From Octopus vulgaris (Eukaryota), in assembly GCA_951406725.2 (NCBI GenBank), contig OX597822.1, positions 33,170,001-33,234,000 on the forward strand: a DNA stretch of 64,000 nt, in the 5' to 3' direction. The translations under genes and the position numbers were made by a program. This document shows, in pieces, positions 28,821 to 43,963 of the stretch. The stretch's first letter is position 1, and every line of letters begins with the position of its first letter. A model generated the notes under the pieces. The model had not been told where the DNA came from, did not search any database, and saw only the letters and a list, made by a program, of their open reading frames with translations.

Positions 28821-29699
28821 CCTTTATTACACGTAGTATATCAATCTTCTATTATCGCCCTTATATATATATATATATATATACAGAGAGAGAGAGAGAG
28901 GGAGAAAGAGAGAGATTCAGTTGAGTATATAATAGCACTTGCTAAAATCAGACCCATGGTTCTAAAACCACCAGAAACTAAAACAAAATACACACGAGCA
29001 ATGCAATGAACATATGATAAATAGGCTTACTTTTGCGTTGAATACATCAGTAAGCAACGTATATTTCAATACCAATTGATTTCACCGTCTGAGCTAATGC
29101 AGTGAATATTTTAGAAATAGATGTTAAAATGTTATTTTTAACTGATGATCCCAGAGTATGTTGGTCATACAGAGGATGAAAACAATCTTGCTTTCTAAAG
29201 AAATGAATACAAACACACGCACATACATGTGTGTGTGTGTGTGTAAATGTCTGTTGATCAGCCAAAAGCTATAAATTACTGGGCTCAATAAAAATATAGA
29301 GTATTATTCTTTAATACATCATAACTGAAAGACTCTGGTTGTTATACTCTGAATTGCTCGTTTCCGATCATCAGCAAGTAAACCGAGCCTACTTTTCTTC
29401 TGAACCTTCATTGTCTGAATCTTTTTTTTTTCTTTTCTTTTTTTTTTTTTTTTAAATATGAAAGGAAGATTTGAAGGATTCGTTTAAAAACGACACGTGC
29501 GAAAGCGGCTGCATCAAGTTTACGCTTTTCATTTCATTTCTGGGCCTCGTGGTTATATTATTATGAATATCCTAATCTCTATACAATCGAAGTCATAAAA
29601 CTGCGTTGCTGTTTAAGCAATATTTACTTAACAACATCAACAAGATATTTGTGAATATTTGTTTTTGTCTATGTGTGCCATGTTTGAAGTCAGTGCGTG

Positions 29700-29935
29700 T
29701 GCAGATTTGTATGTTTTGTTTTTATTCTCATGCATAAAGTTGCATTTGTACCTATAATCGTATAAACTTTCTCCTTTCTGATTTTGGGAAGCCTAGATTC
29801 TCAAGATTGGTGTTAAGCCAGTTTGTTATATACCCTAGTTCTCCAATAATAACGGGTATAAATCTGAACTTGTAATCCGGGTAGCGTAGCTTTAAACTTT
29901 TCAATAATTTGCGAGGTAGGTGTTTTACGCTGACC
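29700..29935 (-). pseudogene. C-terminal restriction-like endonuclease fragment of an R2/R4/NeSL-type LINE
   Basis: YPDYKFRFIPVIIGELGYITNWL resembles the conserved IPxxIG(A)LG segment downstream of the RLE core. Confidence 0.6.
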
Positions 29936-32900
29936 CTTAGTTTTATGTCTGTCCGTTTAGTCTGTCCCAAATCACTAAATGTGGTCTATTATGTTTCCAT
30001 TTTATTGAGGTCTTCACTGGAACATTCGACTAGTACTTTTTCACTTTATAAGTTGTTGTGGCCTCTACCACCTTATGCGCTCTTACCTCTTTATCTTTCC
30101 GACGGATCTCATTGTGTAGTGTCTAGGCATCAATATCGTATACACATATTTTTCAATCTATTCTTCGTATATTTATTTTACATTTTAACGTCCACCCACA
30201 CACATATTAGTTTCGTTATAATCATTATGTTCAGCGCTTCTGAAATAAGGTGTGTGGAGAACGTCATTGTTATTCTCAAAACTCCAAGTAGTCCCACACA
30301 TCAAACATTCGTTTAAAGATAAAATATACTAAGATCAACCCTCCTGAAATTATTCCAATAACAAGAACGAGTTTTTGCTATCGGCAAATCTTGAAATAAA
30401 AAAATATGCATTCCACCTAGAACAATATAGCTTCTACCTAAGTTATGTAAGTACTAATTTCTACAAACACAGAACACCATTATTTTTTCTCAAGTAGTTT
30501 GACTAGGCAAGTAAATTGGTTTGTTTTATACATTGTTTATTTCTATGGGAAATGGTTATTATTTTAGTTTATCGATTAACCCTTTCAGATCCGAAAATAT
30601 ATTTCTTCAGACTTAAAGCATGTTATTATTATTTGATATAGCTCAAACGAGGAACTGATAATAACAACTTTCCATAATTACGTGCAATATCCTTCCTACA
30701 GGTTACGGTGAAAATGTTTTAAATTTTCAGTTTCGTGAGTAACAAGAAAAGACTTCGGGTAACACATCAATGGGCAAGTGAATACGAAATATCTCATAAA
30801 TCTTAATTTCAAATAGTTCTATTCAACATGACACCTGTATTTAGAGAGAGAGAGAGAGAGAGAGAGTGACAGAAAGAAAGAAAAAGAGAGTTTGAGAATG
30901 TGCGTATATGTATATATTTTTTATGTATGTATGCATGTATATATGTATGTATGCATGTATGTTAGCATATATGTATATAGACATGTATGTATGTATGCAT
31001 GTATGTGTGTATATATGTATGTATCCTCCAAGTGGTTCGTGCAAGTCTAGAGGAAGCACAGGCAAGCAACATTGTTGAACTTAGCCAACAAGAAGCTTGA
31101 ACAATTTGTGTCAGCATACAACAGCAGTGTTACTTGATCAAATTTCTGATGGGCTATCTATCTCATCAAATTCTTAATCCAGCCTTTCTACGACACTTTA
31201 CTAAGTCCGACAAACTTTCACATGTGGGGTACTGAACTGGTCAAAACTCATTAATTCCTTAGCTTAGTATATTTTAAAGAAATTTCGAATATCTGCAGTG
31301 AAAATGCTTCGTTTTCTTTAAAAGTTTGTGTATTGTGCATCAATGCTTGCAAGAAAGAAAAGATGCTAATTTTTTTTTCCAACCAAAATCGTTAAATTCG
31401 AATGGCTTCTGATCCAACACCCGCTAACAAAAAAAAAAAAAACATATGAGAAACTACTGATGAATTTAGTTGTGTTACTGCAGTTTCCTTTTCATTGCCT
31501 CAGTTAACATCAGTAAAACCAGCCAATGAAACCACACCCATGTTTGTTTTTATCACTCAACAAAATCAAGCGATGAATTTTAATTTTTCCAAGCGGATAT
31601 TTGGCAATCAGAAACGGTCTTTGCAATCTACTTGGTTCACTGCTTTTGATTTCATTCATTGAAACCAAATGTACGATTCTGCATAATTCTTTTACTAGAA
31701 AAGTATGAAGAAAATTCAGAGCCTCCTCAGTATGTTAGAAGAAGAAATATAAGTATTTTGTAACAAGTAGAATTTGAAAATATCATCAGCACCGGGATAG
31801 AATATCACCACTCTCTTAATGAAGTGGAATGCAAATTATAAAACGGTATTACCTGAGACAATTCCCGGCTAAAACGGTAAGAAATAATATGCAAATAATT
31901 AGTAAGTACAAAGCAAAACTTGTAGAATGTTTACATATTTCTTGACGAAAATGCCATATAAGGAAATGTTCGAAACATTATTTTATTTGTATAATCTTGT
32001 ATAACTTAGAATAAATAGTAATACAAATGTCCTCGCGTAATTCGACAAAGATTGTACAGATAAATGCTTTAGCCACGATATGTAAAATGAATTCTCTTTT
32101 ATATTATAAAAGATTTATTTTATGAAATACGCACAAAACATCTTTTATAATATGGTGATGCATGCAATAAATAAAAAATTATATTATGTATTTGGTAGAT
32201 CGATAAACTCTTAGTGGCCAAGAGGGAACTCCTGACTTGTTTATGTTCGACAGGTAGTATTTTCACTTATCATAGATGCACTCACAAAACGATATTTCTG
32301 CAAGTGTAGATGAAGCATCAAACTTGCACAGAAAAAAAATTGGAGTGGCAAAGTTCCTCTGAGATTTTCAGCACATTGTCAAAGGCATTCTTTAAGACTG
32401 AGTCTGGAGAGGTCAACAATGTTATGTAAGGAACTATCTAGAGATGAGTAATAATGAGTAGATTGTTACTCTAATCAAGTATTTACCAAAGTTGGAAAAC
32501 TTATTAAGTAAAGTAAGTTTTAAAGCAACAGTGAAAGAGTGTGAAAAACTGACAACCGGTTGCATCTCAAGTTTGAACAGTAGGTGCTGTTTATTTTCGA
32601 TGAATTTTTGATAATTATTCAGTTCTATTCGAATTTTGGCAAGAATATGTTTAGTCATAATTGGATGCCACTGTTCGGAACCGTGTAATCGGTTGAGGCA
32701 CTCAAATAGAAACGTTTGATTTATATGTTGGATTAAATCTCTGGCAGCTCTTGTATTTGTATAGGCAGGTAGAAAATTTATCAAAGTCTGTACGTAGCTG
32801 CAATATCGTCAAGAGATAGATAGGGGATGGTTGGAATTACTAAACAAGTTTAGAAATATATGAAGAATGGAGATTCAATTGATAGCCTCTGCGAAATAGC

Positions 32901-34562
32901 ATTTCTTTCAGAACTTGTATTGCCACAGAAGTAAAAGGCCTCTACAAAAAGTGAAAGAGGACCTTGTGAAGAAACATTTCGGTCAATAGTTTGAGACCTT
33001 TACAGCCATATGTATTTTGTGACCGTAGACGCAATAACCTCTTCTGTTTGCACAAATTTTAATTAGGAATGTTATATGGTATATTCAAAGCATTGAATAT
33101 AATTGCTTCTACAAAGTGATCACCAAAGATGAGGCTCACCAGAAAAAAAATTTTCGGATTCGCTAATGAAAAATTAGCCAGTATCATTGACTTCATTTCT
33201 TTGATAACTTCTGGCATTTGGTGTTTGCCACATAAAGTGCTTGTTGTTCCACTGAATTTGAAGACCAACTGCTAACTTTTCCAGGTAATTTCTGTAATAT
33301 CTATTGTGGCCGAAGGAATATTTTATTTTATGTACCAAAGCAATTAACGCATGCCTTGGATCGAGAAAACATTAAATTCTCTAGCTACACTTTTGTATGA
33401 GTAAGAATGGACAGATGAATTAAATCTCATCGTAGTTGCAGCAGAAAACGGTTCTTGAAAATGAGAAAAGGCAACATAACCTCGGTGCATTTTAAATGGA
33501 TTCATGGAATTGAGTTGAATAATAAAATTCCATAATTCTGACTTTATCCCTTCCCTTAAAATGTCACAGTACAGTCGAGTGTTTAAAATACACACGTTAC
33601 AAATTGTAATGAACGCTTTCCCAAAGTCCTAATTAAGCAATTAACAAACATAGGAACATAAATTGTGACTAAGGAAGATTTAAATTCAAAACTTATGAAA
33701 ACAAGACATTTGTACTACAGAACCAGAGGCGGTTTCAGGCAGGTTGGTCATGAAAGATTTAAGGTTACGATTGTGGAGAAAGCATGAGTGATTTCAAACA
33801 TGGAAATGGTCAGTTTCTATTTTAATACAAATTTACATTTAATCTAGTGAGTTTAAATGCTAGTAAATATGTTAATCACCTTTACTGCATACTATCACAT
33901 GTAGCTATAATTTTTAATACACCCTCCCCCTTACACAAACACATACACACACATACTCAAACACAAACAACAAACACACACACTTACACAAAAGCAACAT
34001 TCACACTCATACACACATAAAAACAGTTCGCGGTTGCTTGATACCAGTTGCATATTCAGCAATTTATTTAATATCAAAGATGCTTGTGCAAGACCAATCC
34101 ACTTACCTACCTTCCTCGCTTCATGTTGTTCAAGTTGGCACATGTTTACACAAACGTAAAATAGCATGTAAGCATGTTAAGCATATCGAAATCAAGATGG
34201 CCGTCTCCTACAAGCCTTCCAGCCATTTAACAATAGCTTTCCAATTGAAAACTGTATTCAAACCGCCTGTTCTAAGTCTGTTCTGCTAACAGTTTTTTTT
34301 TATACATAAAATGTATATACCAGCCTTCTTGGACGATTACAATACGTGTGTACATATGTATACATTGCTTTTATATATGTTATATTCTTAAACCTCATAC
34401 ATTTTTACTTTTTTGTGTATTTATATGTATGTATGGGCCAGATGGGACTCCATAGCCATGGTGAAGGCAACCCGTCTAGGAGAAAGAAAACTGACATAAA
34501 ACCAGGTTTGTAATTGCTGACGGTCTCCTTAGTCAATGTGCACTATCAGCATCTACTTTCTC

Positions 34563-34600
<38 letters not shown>

Positions 34601-34801
34601 ATGTACGCATGCATATATGTGTGCATGTATTTACGTATGTACGTATGTATATGTACATGTGTATGTATGTGTATATGTGTGTGTATATATGTGTGTGTGT
34701 ATGTATGTATGTACGCATGCTTGTATGCGTGCATGTATTTACGTATGTACGTATGTAAATGTACGTGTGTGTATGTGTATATGTGTGTGTATGTATGTAT
34801 G

Positions 34802-34856
<55 letters not shown>

Positions 34857-36600
34857 CTACTCTATCAGCTTTTCATTTATTTAAGGTACGTGAAACAAGT
34901 CCAATATTCCTATGGTTCATGTTGCACCCCAAAATATCTACAAATGACTAAGTCATTTTATATCTATATTAAAATTGTACCACTATTATCAGTCAAATTA
35001 TATTTAGTTTAGATGCAGCACGGAATTTTGTCAGTGAACAGGTCGCGGTCTCAAAGCGATGGAAATATTTTGGCAAAATAAATTTAAATGTGGAAGTGAA
35101 TCTAACGGTTCTGTGTGTTTCTTAAATGTCTTATAAACATCTTCCACGCTGCAATTGTTTTCGTTCCAGCACACGATCTCAGATCAAGTCACTCGCTATG
35201 CAAGTACATCTCCCTATATTTAGTTTATTTCTCCAGCAATAAGGAGATGGAAGGTTTTGATTTTGCACACGTGATATGTTCAGGTGTTGTGAGATGAATG
35301 GCGTTGGAATATGTGTAGTAGCTTTCCCAAGGAACCTTAACTTAATAACTCACATGATTGGGTTTTTCAGCAAACAATACAGCGCCTTTGTATTTTCAGC
35401 CAGTTTTCTATAAAACTAGATTTGTTAAAATGTCTTCTGCGTCAGTTTAATTTTATGTAAGTTGTTCATGAGTAAATAAATTCTCAACGCGAAGACGGTA
35501 CTATGTGATAGCCGGTTTCTAATTAAAGTAATCTCTTTCATACACATTTTAATGAACTGAATAATATAATGCTAGAATTTACAGAGAAAAACATAACAAA
35601 TATTATTAAAATGTGTAAAGCTAAAAAGAAATATAAACAAAATGATTACATCCAATCGTTTCTCCGTCAATGGACAGTTTAGCAACGTAATATTATGCAG
35701 ATTAAATACTGAATAACAACAGTAAAATCAATGAAAGATTTTTTTAGAAATTATGAAACTATAAGAAAATTCCTACAAGGAGTCTTAAAATGCAATTTGG
35801 TTCTTAAGAAACTGAACTTTAAACAGCCGTCATTTTCTTTACGGCATGAATGCACAAATGTAATACAAATACGACGCTCATTGTACAGTCGAGTGAATAG
35901 CGTCAAAACATGTATTTCCTATTATCATTTACTAATGCCAGAAAGCTAAATTTAAGCAATGATATGCAGAAGCAGTTTAGCTCAGCCTCTGTTCTTCTTT
36001 GCAGCTAAAGCCGGAGGATTAATAATTTCAAATCAAGTGTAAGTTGTAATCAAATGGTTTGTGGTATAATCTGGAAAAAGGAATCATGAGATAATTGTTG
36101 AATTTTAGCAATTATTATTGAGTCTGATGTGGTTATAGATTGATGCCACAAAAGAATAATGTATATGTGTGTGTACATGTGTGTTTATAGAGTGATACAT
36201 GTATGTGTATGTGTGTGTGTGAATGTGTCTATGTGTGTACTGGTGTGCATTCTTGCGGTTAAGGAAGTTGCTAAGAAGTGACATAAATTGTAGAAAAGAT
36301 TTTGACTTCTGCCAAAGAATTACTGAGGTGATTTATAAGTAGTTTGATAAGCCAACAAGGGAACCTCTAACTGGTCTATATATTTACTGATATAGCAGTC
36401 AAATCCTTCAAATCATACTTGACTGCCTTAAACATGATAGATAGATGGATATGCATATAGAATATAACATATATAACATATATACAAGCAATATATAGAT
36501 ATGCATACAGAGAGAGTCAAACTGAACAAACGACATTAAAAATAACAAACAAAAGGTCAAGCACATAGAATGTATTAGCGTGACACCCCCATATACATAA

Positions 36601-36671
<71 letters not shown>

Positions 36672-37427
36672 CGCTGAGTTTCTTTTAGTTTCTGTTCCGT
36701 CTATTGTGGAACAAACTTGCCCAAAGTGCCTCGCAGCAGAATTGAATCCGAAACCAAGTGGCTTAGAAGCAGCTTATTACCACACAGCCATGCTTACACC
36801 AATTGAAAATATACCAATCAACCAATAAACTTTCATTAAGCCAAACCTAAAACTTTTTTATTTTATGATTAAATGAATAATAGGCGTATTATATATGTGT
36901 ATATATAAGTAAGAAGACATTTACCATACTACCCCGAACAATGATTCAATGATTAATGAATATGAAATAACCAATAAATTTATCAATTAACAAAGTGATA
37001 ACAAAGTAATAACAATGACTGACTACCCAGCCATCTTCGATTCTAAGAGAAAAAGGATACAGATTTTAAATGATATTAAAGATATTAAATGATATGTGAG
37101 ACTAAAAACTTTAGCACTCGCTGATTGACAAACCAGACATGCTTTATCTTCTTGTCAAAGACTCTATTACTTGATCGGGGTATATTCACGTAAACTAATT
37201 CTTATTTTCTTATCGTTATAAAGAATGTATTACAAGATCTGAATGATTTTAACTAAACTATTTGTTGACTCATCACTGAGGATACACAAAGCCCCTCAAA
37301 ACTGTTCTTATCATTGTCAAGGACTCTATCACTTGATTTGAATACATTTATGTAAAATAATTTTTTGACTCATCACAGAGGATACACATAGCTTCTCACT
37401 TTACTTTTGAAAATCTTTTTTAAATAA

Positions 37428-37775
37428 GTGAAACTGAAAGAAGCTCGTCGTATATATTTATATATATACATACAGACACACACACACACACATATATATA
37501 TGTATGTATGTACGTATGTATGTATGTATGTATGTATGTATGTATGTATGTATGTATGTATGTATGTGTGTATGTTTGTGTGTCTGTGTTTGTCCCCCAA
37601 CATCGCTTGACAACAGATACTTGTGTGTTTGCGTCCCCGTAACTTAGCGTTTCGGCAAAAGAGACCGATAGAATAAGTACTAGGCTTACAAACAATAGGT
37701 CCTGGGGTCGATTTGCTTGACTAAAGGCGGTGCTCCGGCATGGCCACAGTCACATGACTGAAACAAGTAAAGAGC
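37428..37775 (+). mobile_element. SINE family A, 5'-truncated
   Basis: Body and tail match. Confidence 0.8.
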
Positions 37776-38092
37776 AAAGTGTATATACATACATACATAC
37801 ATATATACAGGCATACATACATACGTTCAGGAAATGCGCACACATTTTGTACGCGAACGCATAAACACACATATATCTGTGGTGTGTGTTTATGCGTTCG
37901 CGTACAAAATGTGTGCGCATTTCCTGAACGTATGTATGTATGCCTGTATATATGTATGTATGTGTATATACACTTTGCTCTTTACTTGTTTCAGTCATGT
38001 GACTGTGGCCATGCCGGAGCACCGCCTTTAGTCAAGCAAATCGACCCCAGGACCTATTCTTTGTAAGCTTAGTACTTATTCTATCGGTCTCT
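37660..38092. repeat. Near-perfect inverted duplication (~210-bp arms, ~11-nt spacer)
   Basis: 37660-37871 is the reverse complement of 37883-38092. It includes a SINE 3' end plus flanking sequence. Confidence 0.95.
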
Positions 38093-38095
38093 GAA

Positions 38096-38136
<41 letters not shown>

Positions 38137-38139
<3 letters not shown>

Positions 38140-38275
38140 TTCAGCAAAATTTAGATTCAAATGAATATGGTACTTAAGTTAGATGCACCAGAATTCTGTA
38201 TGGTGTTATCCATATAAATCCATGGTCTGATTATAATCAAAATAAGCAACAAGAATAACTTCTTGTTGCTTATTT

Positions 38276-38280
<5 letters not shown>
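38137..38280. mobile_element. Tiny fold-back end of the PLE-like family also seen at 3750
   Basis: atcaaaataagcaacaagaa-taac-ttcttgttgcttattttgat hairpin. The same motif begins the element at ~3751. Embedded in (TA)n. Confidence 0.6.
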
Positions 38281-38339
<59 letters not shown>

Positions 38340-39317
38340 GCATATGTATATTTATATGTATGTGTGTGTGTGTTCACGTACAAAATGTGTGCGCATTTGC
38401 TGAACAGTTCAATAAAAATGAGTGATAGAAAGAAAGAGGGAGTGAGTGAGAAAGACAAAATGAGAGGAAGAAATAGGGGAGAGAGAGAGAGAGATAGAGA
38501 GAGAGAGGGAGAGCGAGAGAGAGAGAGCGTGAGAAACAGAAACAGCAAGCAGCCAACAGACATTGACTTCAAACCACGCAGACTGGTGAATACTAAACAC
38601 ATCCTTATGTACGGACACACATACAAAATATTTTGGGTTGTGCCGAACATCTAATTTAGAAGCCAATTGACAGATTTATCTTTAGCTATCCAGTAGTTCT
38701 ACACTTTTATCGATCGACCGCGACCGAACGAAACGAATGAATGAGCGATCGATCAATCAATCCATCGACGTTTCCAATTTTATCTATCAGCCAGCCTGCC
38801 AAGCTATCTGTCTAAAGGTTGCAGCTTAATTGAAATAGCCCAGCGGTTAACATGCCCGCCTACACAACAGCTGTGAACCGGCTCTTTACACGATTGGAAT
38901 ACAGCAGTTTGGGAGAGGGTTGAAGGCTATAATGCCTTTACGTATTTTGCTGTACTGCGTCATTGACAACATTAAATCACAACATGATAGCTATTGATAA
39001 TTTAGCATATTTTGTGACGGTCGAGCATGCTTTGCAATTTTTTTCTTTCATATTACTTGTAAACTAGTTCTTTATGCAAGTGTAACTATATGTATGTGCG
39101 TATTTCTATATTTGTGTATTGGGGAGATTGCATATATCTATATATAGGCATACACACATACATACACACACATACACACACGCATACACATGTATGGGCG
39201 CAACCACTCTCTATACATAAACATACTTTTATATAGATAGCATAGATATATAAACATATACATATGTAAGTATTTGCGTGTGTGTGTGTGTGTAATATAT
39301 TATATATACTATATATA

Positions 39318-40555
39318 CGAGGATCTGCTGAAAATTTCATAAGCTGGTCAAGATATTCTCGTCGAGTGTGACCAAAGGAGTTTTAGTCCACCTTGGAGCT
39401 TAGTCCACCTTGCGGTTCACATATTTCTTCTATCACTGTGGCAGAGCTTGGCTCCCATTGGTGAAGAGGATTTCATTATGTTAGTCAAAACAGTCATCAG
39501 CTACATATATGACGTCACCATCACTGCGCTACTGGTTCTCAGCCAAGTGTTTTTCCATTTTTGAGGAATAGGTGGTTGTCAGAGGGGACCAAATCAGGAG
39601 AATAAGGAGAATGATCAACCAGTTAAAATCACACACAGCAGCCATTGAAAACAAGAATCTGTGTTCTGGAGCATTTTTCTGATGAAACAAGTCCTTTTTC
39701 GTCAGTTTTCCTGGGTGCCTGGTCTTGATAACCTTTCGTAGCTACCTGAGAAAGTATGCCAAGTACTCTCAAATGATGGTGTAACTCTTTCCAAGATTGT
39801 CAATAAACACAGTGCTGAGGCCATCACGACTTTGGAGCAGGCGAGGAAGACTTTCCATTGCACGCACTGTCTCTTTACATCTGGCTCAATGTGATAGACC
39901 AAGCACTCATCCTGGATTGGGAGGCGTTCAAGGACATTAGTTGGATCTACCTCAAGCAATATCAGCGTTCCCCATGATGTAATCCGCTTGGTGCACTTCT
40001 GATCACGTGTCAGAAAACTTGGCACCCACCGAGCAGAAACCTTCGTCATGCCAAGTTCATTGTACAGAATATTCTCAAATTTCACGAGCTACACGGTGAT
40101 GAATGACAGGCGATTGACTATAGTCAATCGCCTGTCATTCATCACCGTTTGGTGAACAGGGTCAGTGTTTTTCTCGGTGGGGGCAATTCAGGACGTCCTG
40201 AACATGAGTTATCAAGACTCTCCCTTCTGCTAAATTGAGCAACCCACTTTTACACTGTTGAGGAAGCTGATGCGTCATCCCTTAATGTAGCAACCACAAC
40301 TGAATGAATGTCCTTGGGTACTACACCTTTTCTCTGTAGGTAATTGATAGTACCCTATTGCCAGATTTTGCTCCTTTTCAAGTGAGATCGCTACCAGCTA
40401 CTTCTTTGATTTTCTTTGAACAGTGAGATGTCAGTTTACCAGGAAAGAAATAATGGAGTTACTAATAAAAAGCGTTGAAATGAATACATGCAAGATTACA
40501 GAGCCCAAGCATCACTTTTTCATAGTCTGCCTATGAACATTTTAGTTCGCACTCA
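39318..40555 (-). mobile_element. Decayed mariner transposon
   Basis: ILYNELGMTKVSARWVP..LT..QK, DE..VY and KVVMAS motifs. Diverged TIRs cgaggatctgctgaaaatttcataag / ctatgaacattttagttcgcactca, flanked by TA. Confidence 0.8.
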
Positions 40556-40582
40556 TATATATATATACATATATATATATAC

Positions 40583-40968
40583 TTTTATTCTTTTACTTGT
40601 TTCTGTCATTTAATTGTAGTCATGCTAGAGTACCGCCTTTAGTCGAGCAAATCGACCCCAGGACTTGTTCTTTTGTAAGCCTAGTACTTATTCTATCGGT
40701 CTCTTTTACCGAACCGCTAGATTACGGGGACGTAAACACACCAACATCGGTTGCCAAGTGGTGTTGGGGGGACAAACACAGACACACAAACATATACGCA
40801 TATATATATACATATATACGACGGGCTTCTTTTAGTTTCCGTCTACCAAATCCACTCACAAGGCTTTGGTCAGCCTGAGGATATACTAGAAGACACTTGC
40901 CCAAGATGCCACGCAGTGGGACTGAACCCGTAACCATGTGGTTGGTAAGAAAATCACTCCTGCGCCTT
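40583..40968 (-). mobile_element. SINE family A
   Basis: Reverse-complement match. Confidence 0.85.
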
Positions 40969-41221
40969 TTATTGCTATCGGCCAAGCGTTTTCCTTCTTT
41001 CTTCGTCTGACCGTTGTCCGTGCAACATCGATATTCTTTCTTGTGTTTGTGAAATTTTTGTCTGCATAGATGGAAAGAATTGAAACATTTTAATATTACA
41101 AATTAATCCCCACTGTGATTCTAAATCAAATATATTTTTTCTCTCCTGGTCATGTACGGAAGAAAGATAGAAAAATTTCTCCCGGATATGCGTTGGTATA
41201 CATACATATATGTATGAGTAT

Positions 41222-41267
<46 letters not shown>

Positions 41268-41282
41268 ATACATACACACCAT

Positions 41283-41549
41283 GGGTAAGTGTCTTCTACT
41301 ATACCCTCGGGTAACCAAAACCATGTGAATGGATACGGTAGAGGGAAACTGAAAGAAAACCGTCGTGTGTGTATATACGTGTGTGTGTGTGCGTGCGCGC
41401 GTGCGTTTGTCCCCATAACATAACGGTTCGGCAAACGTGGCCGATAGCGTAAGTATTAGGCTTACCAAAGAATATGTGGTGGGGTAGATTTCATCGGCTA
41501 AAGGCGGTGCTCCAGCATTGCCGCAGTCAAATGACTGAATAAATTAAAA

Positions 41550-41550
<1 letters not shown>
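41283..41550 (+). mobile_element. SINE family A, degenerate
   Basis: Partial match with an internal deletion. Confidence 0.7.
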
Positions 41551-41609
<59 letters not shown>

Positions 41610-41610
41610 T

Positions 41611-41915
41611 ATCACGTGATCAAGTGACCGACCAGACCATCAGATGTTGCTACACATCGCTGGTCACAATGCGATCGCATTGTTTTTTAGCCTTCGAACG
41701 ACGCCACCCCGCTGGCTAAGCGAGCAGGCCAACAGAAGAAAGAGTGAGAGAAAGAGTGGTGAATGAGTACAGCAGGGATCACCACCCCTGCCGGAGCCTC
41801 GTGGAGCTTTTAGGTGTTTTCGCTCAATAAACACACACAACACCCGGTCTGGGAATCGAAACTGCGATCCTCCTACCGCGAGTCCGCTACCCTAACCACT
41901 GGGCCATTGCGCCTC

Positions 41916-41917
<2 letters not shown>
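41611..41917 (-). mobile_element. tRNA-derived SINE family C
   Basis: Homologous to 27730-28020. Confidence 0.85.
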
Positions 41918-41947
<30 letters not shown>

Positions 41948-41951
41948 TATA

Positions 41952-42042
<91 letters not shown>

Positions 42043-42377
42043 ATATCGAGAGATTCACAAGCGCTCTAACACTCGTACGTTCCATATGCATAAACTGTTG
42101 CGAAACCAAAATGGACAGCTAGCACTGACCATATAACTAAAATACAGGCAGCAAAACTGGACTTCTCTACAGCAACAGGGTGAAAATTAATCGTCGGACT
42201 AATCGGCAGACTTATCCACCAGAGAAAGTATCAAAGTACTTATTTGTTTATGCATACATACAAATACATCCACCAACCCCACACACACTTACATATATTT
42301 ATATATAAATCAATGTAAATGGACACATTATTATACGTCTATGGATGTGTGATTTTATATATGTATTTGTATATGTG

Positions 42378-42425
<48 letters not shown>

Positions 42426-42432
42426 ATATATG

Positions 42433-42505
<73 letters not shown>

Positions 42506-42519
42506 CTATATATAAGTAT

Positions 42520-42810
42520 TGTGAAAGGATTTGATAGACGGAAGCTGAAAGAAGCCCGTCATATATATATGTATGTGTGTGTTGTGCGCCCGTGCGGGGG
42601 GTGCATTTATCTGTCTTTGTCCCCACATCCAACATCGCTTGACAACCGATACTGCTGTGTTTACGTCTCGTAAATTAGCAGTTCGGCAAAGGAGTCCGAT
42701 AGAATAATTACTAAGGTTACAAAGGATTAGTCCTGAAGTCGATTTGTTCGATAAAAGGCGCTGCTCCAGCATGGCCGTAATCAAATGACTGAAACAAGTA
42801 AAAGAATAAA
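42520..42810 (+). mobile_element. SINE family A, 5'-truncated
   Basis: Body and tail match. Confidence 0.8.
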
Positions 42811-43087
42811 GGAATATAAGAATATACACATATGCAAGTATGTATGTATGTATGTATGTATGTATGTATGTATGTATGTATGTATGCATGAATGTATGTA
42901 TGTATGTATGTATGTATGTATGTATGTATGTATGTATGTATGCATGTATGCATGTATGTATGTATGTATGTATGTATGTATGTATGTATGTATGTATGTA
43001 TGTATGCATGTATGTATGTATGCATATGTATACATAGATTTATATACACACAGCAACATACACAACATATGTAAATAGGCAAACATT

Positions 43088-43120
<33 letters not shown>

Positions 43121-43174
43121 TTGTGTGTATGTGTGTGTGTGTGTGTGTGTTATGTATACATGTGTCTGTATTAA

Positions 43175-43227
<53 letters not shown>

Positions 43228-43601
43228 GAGAGAGAGAGGGAGAGAGAGAGGGGGGAGAGAGAGAGAGAGGCAGACAGAAAGACTGAACAAACCAGTATAT
43301 CTGAAGGTCATGGCGAAATTATTAGGATTCTTGATCTTGGCGTGTTATACCTACTCCAGTAAAGTTCTACAAGTAATTGGTGCAAACAACATACACTATA
43401 ATAACTCTATATAAACAAATGTTCTGTGGCAGAAAAGTGGTGACAGCTAGCACGTGATATTCGATGCTTTGCTCACACTGAACCAGTAACCCTATTGGAT
43501 AACAAAAGCAATCAGTGCCAGGAGATGTAGATATCACAAGAGTAGTCTGCTGGGTTTAATCAATACCTCAGGGGTGTATGTGTGTGTATGTATATATTTA
43601 C

Positions 43602-43655
<54 letters not shown>

Positions 43656-43892
43656 ATGTATGTATGTATTTATATATATATTTACACATGTATGTTTGTA
43701 TGGAATGTGTGTATGTATATATGTATACACCAGTGGATGGAGTATAATTCAATTCCATATGATTGCAGCTGAAGAATATAAATCTCAGAGGAGATCTAAG
43801 TAATCATTAGATACGTGTAGCAATGTTTCCCTAAGGTGTTTTCCTTCAGCATCCTCTCTTGTAATCATGTATGTCTGTATGTATGTATATAC

Positions 43893-43963
<71 letters not shown>

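Noticed and set aside
29026-29100. Possible minus-strand exon with a GTAAGC donor
   Set aside because: Stops in all three frames after the nearest acceptors and no homology clue. A non-coding exon cannot be excluded.
29352-29376. Minus-strand ttg-CTGATGA-tcg-GAAA-cgag-caa
   Set aside because: No stem II and no UH cleavage site; could be chance.
37130-37390. Short diverged direct duplication (also 27082-27142 vs 28815-28860)
   Set aside because: Ordinary local duplications with no further structure.
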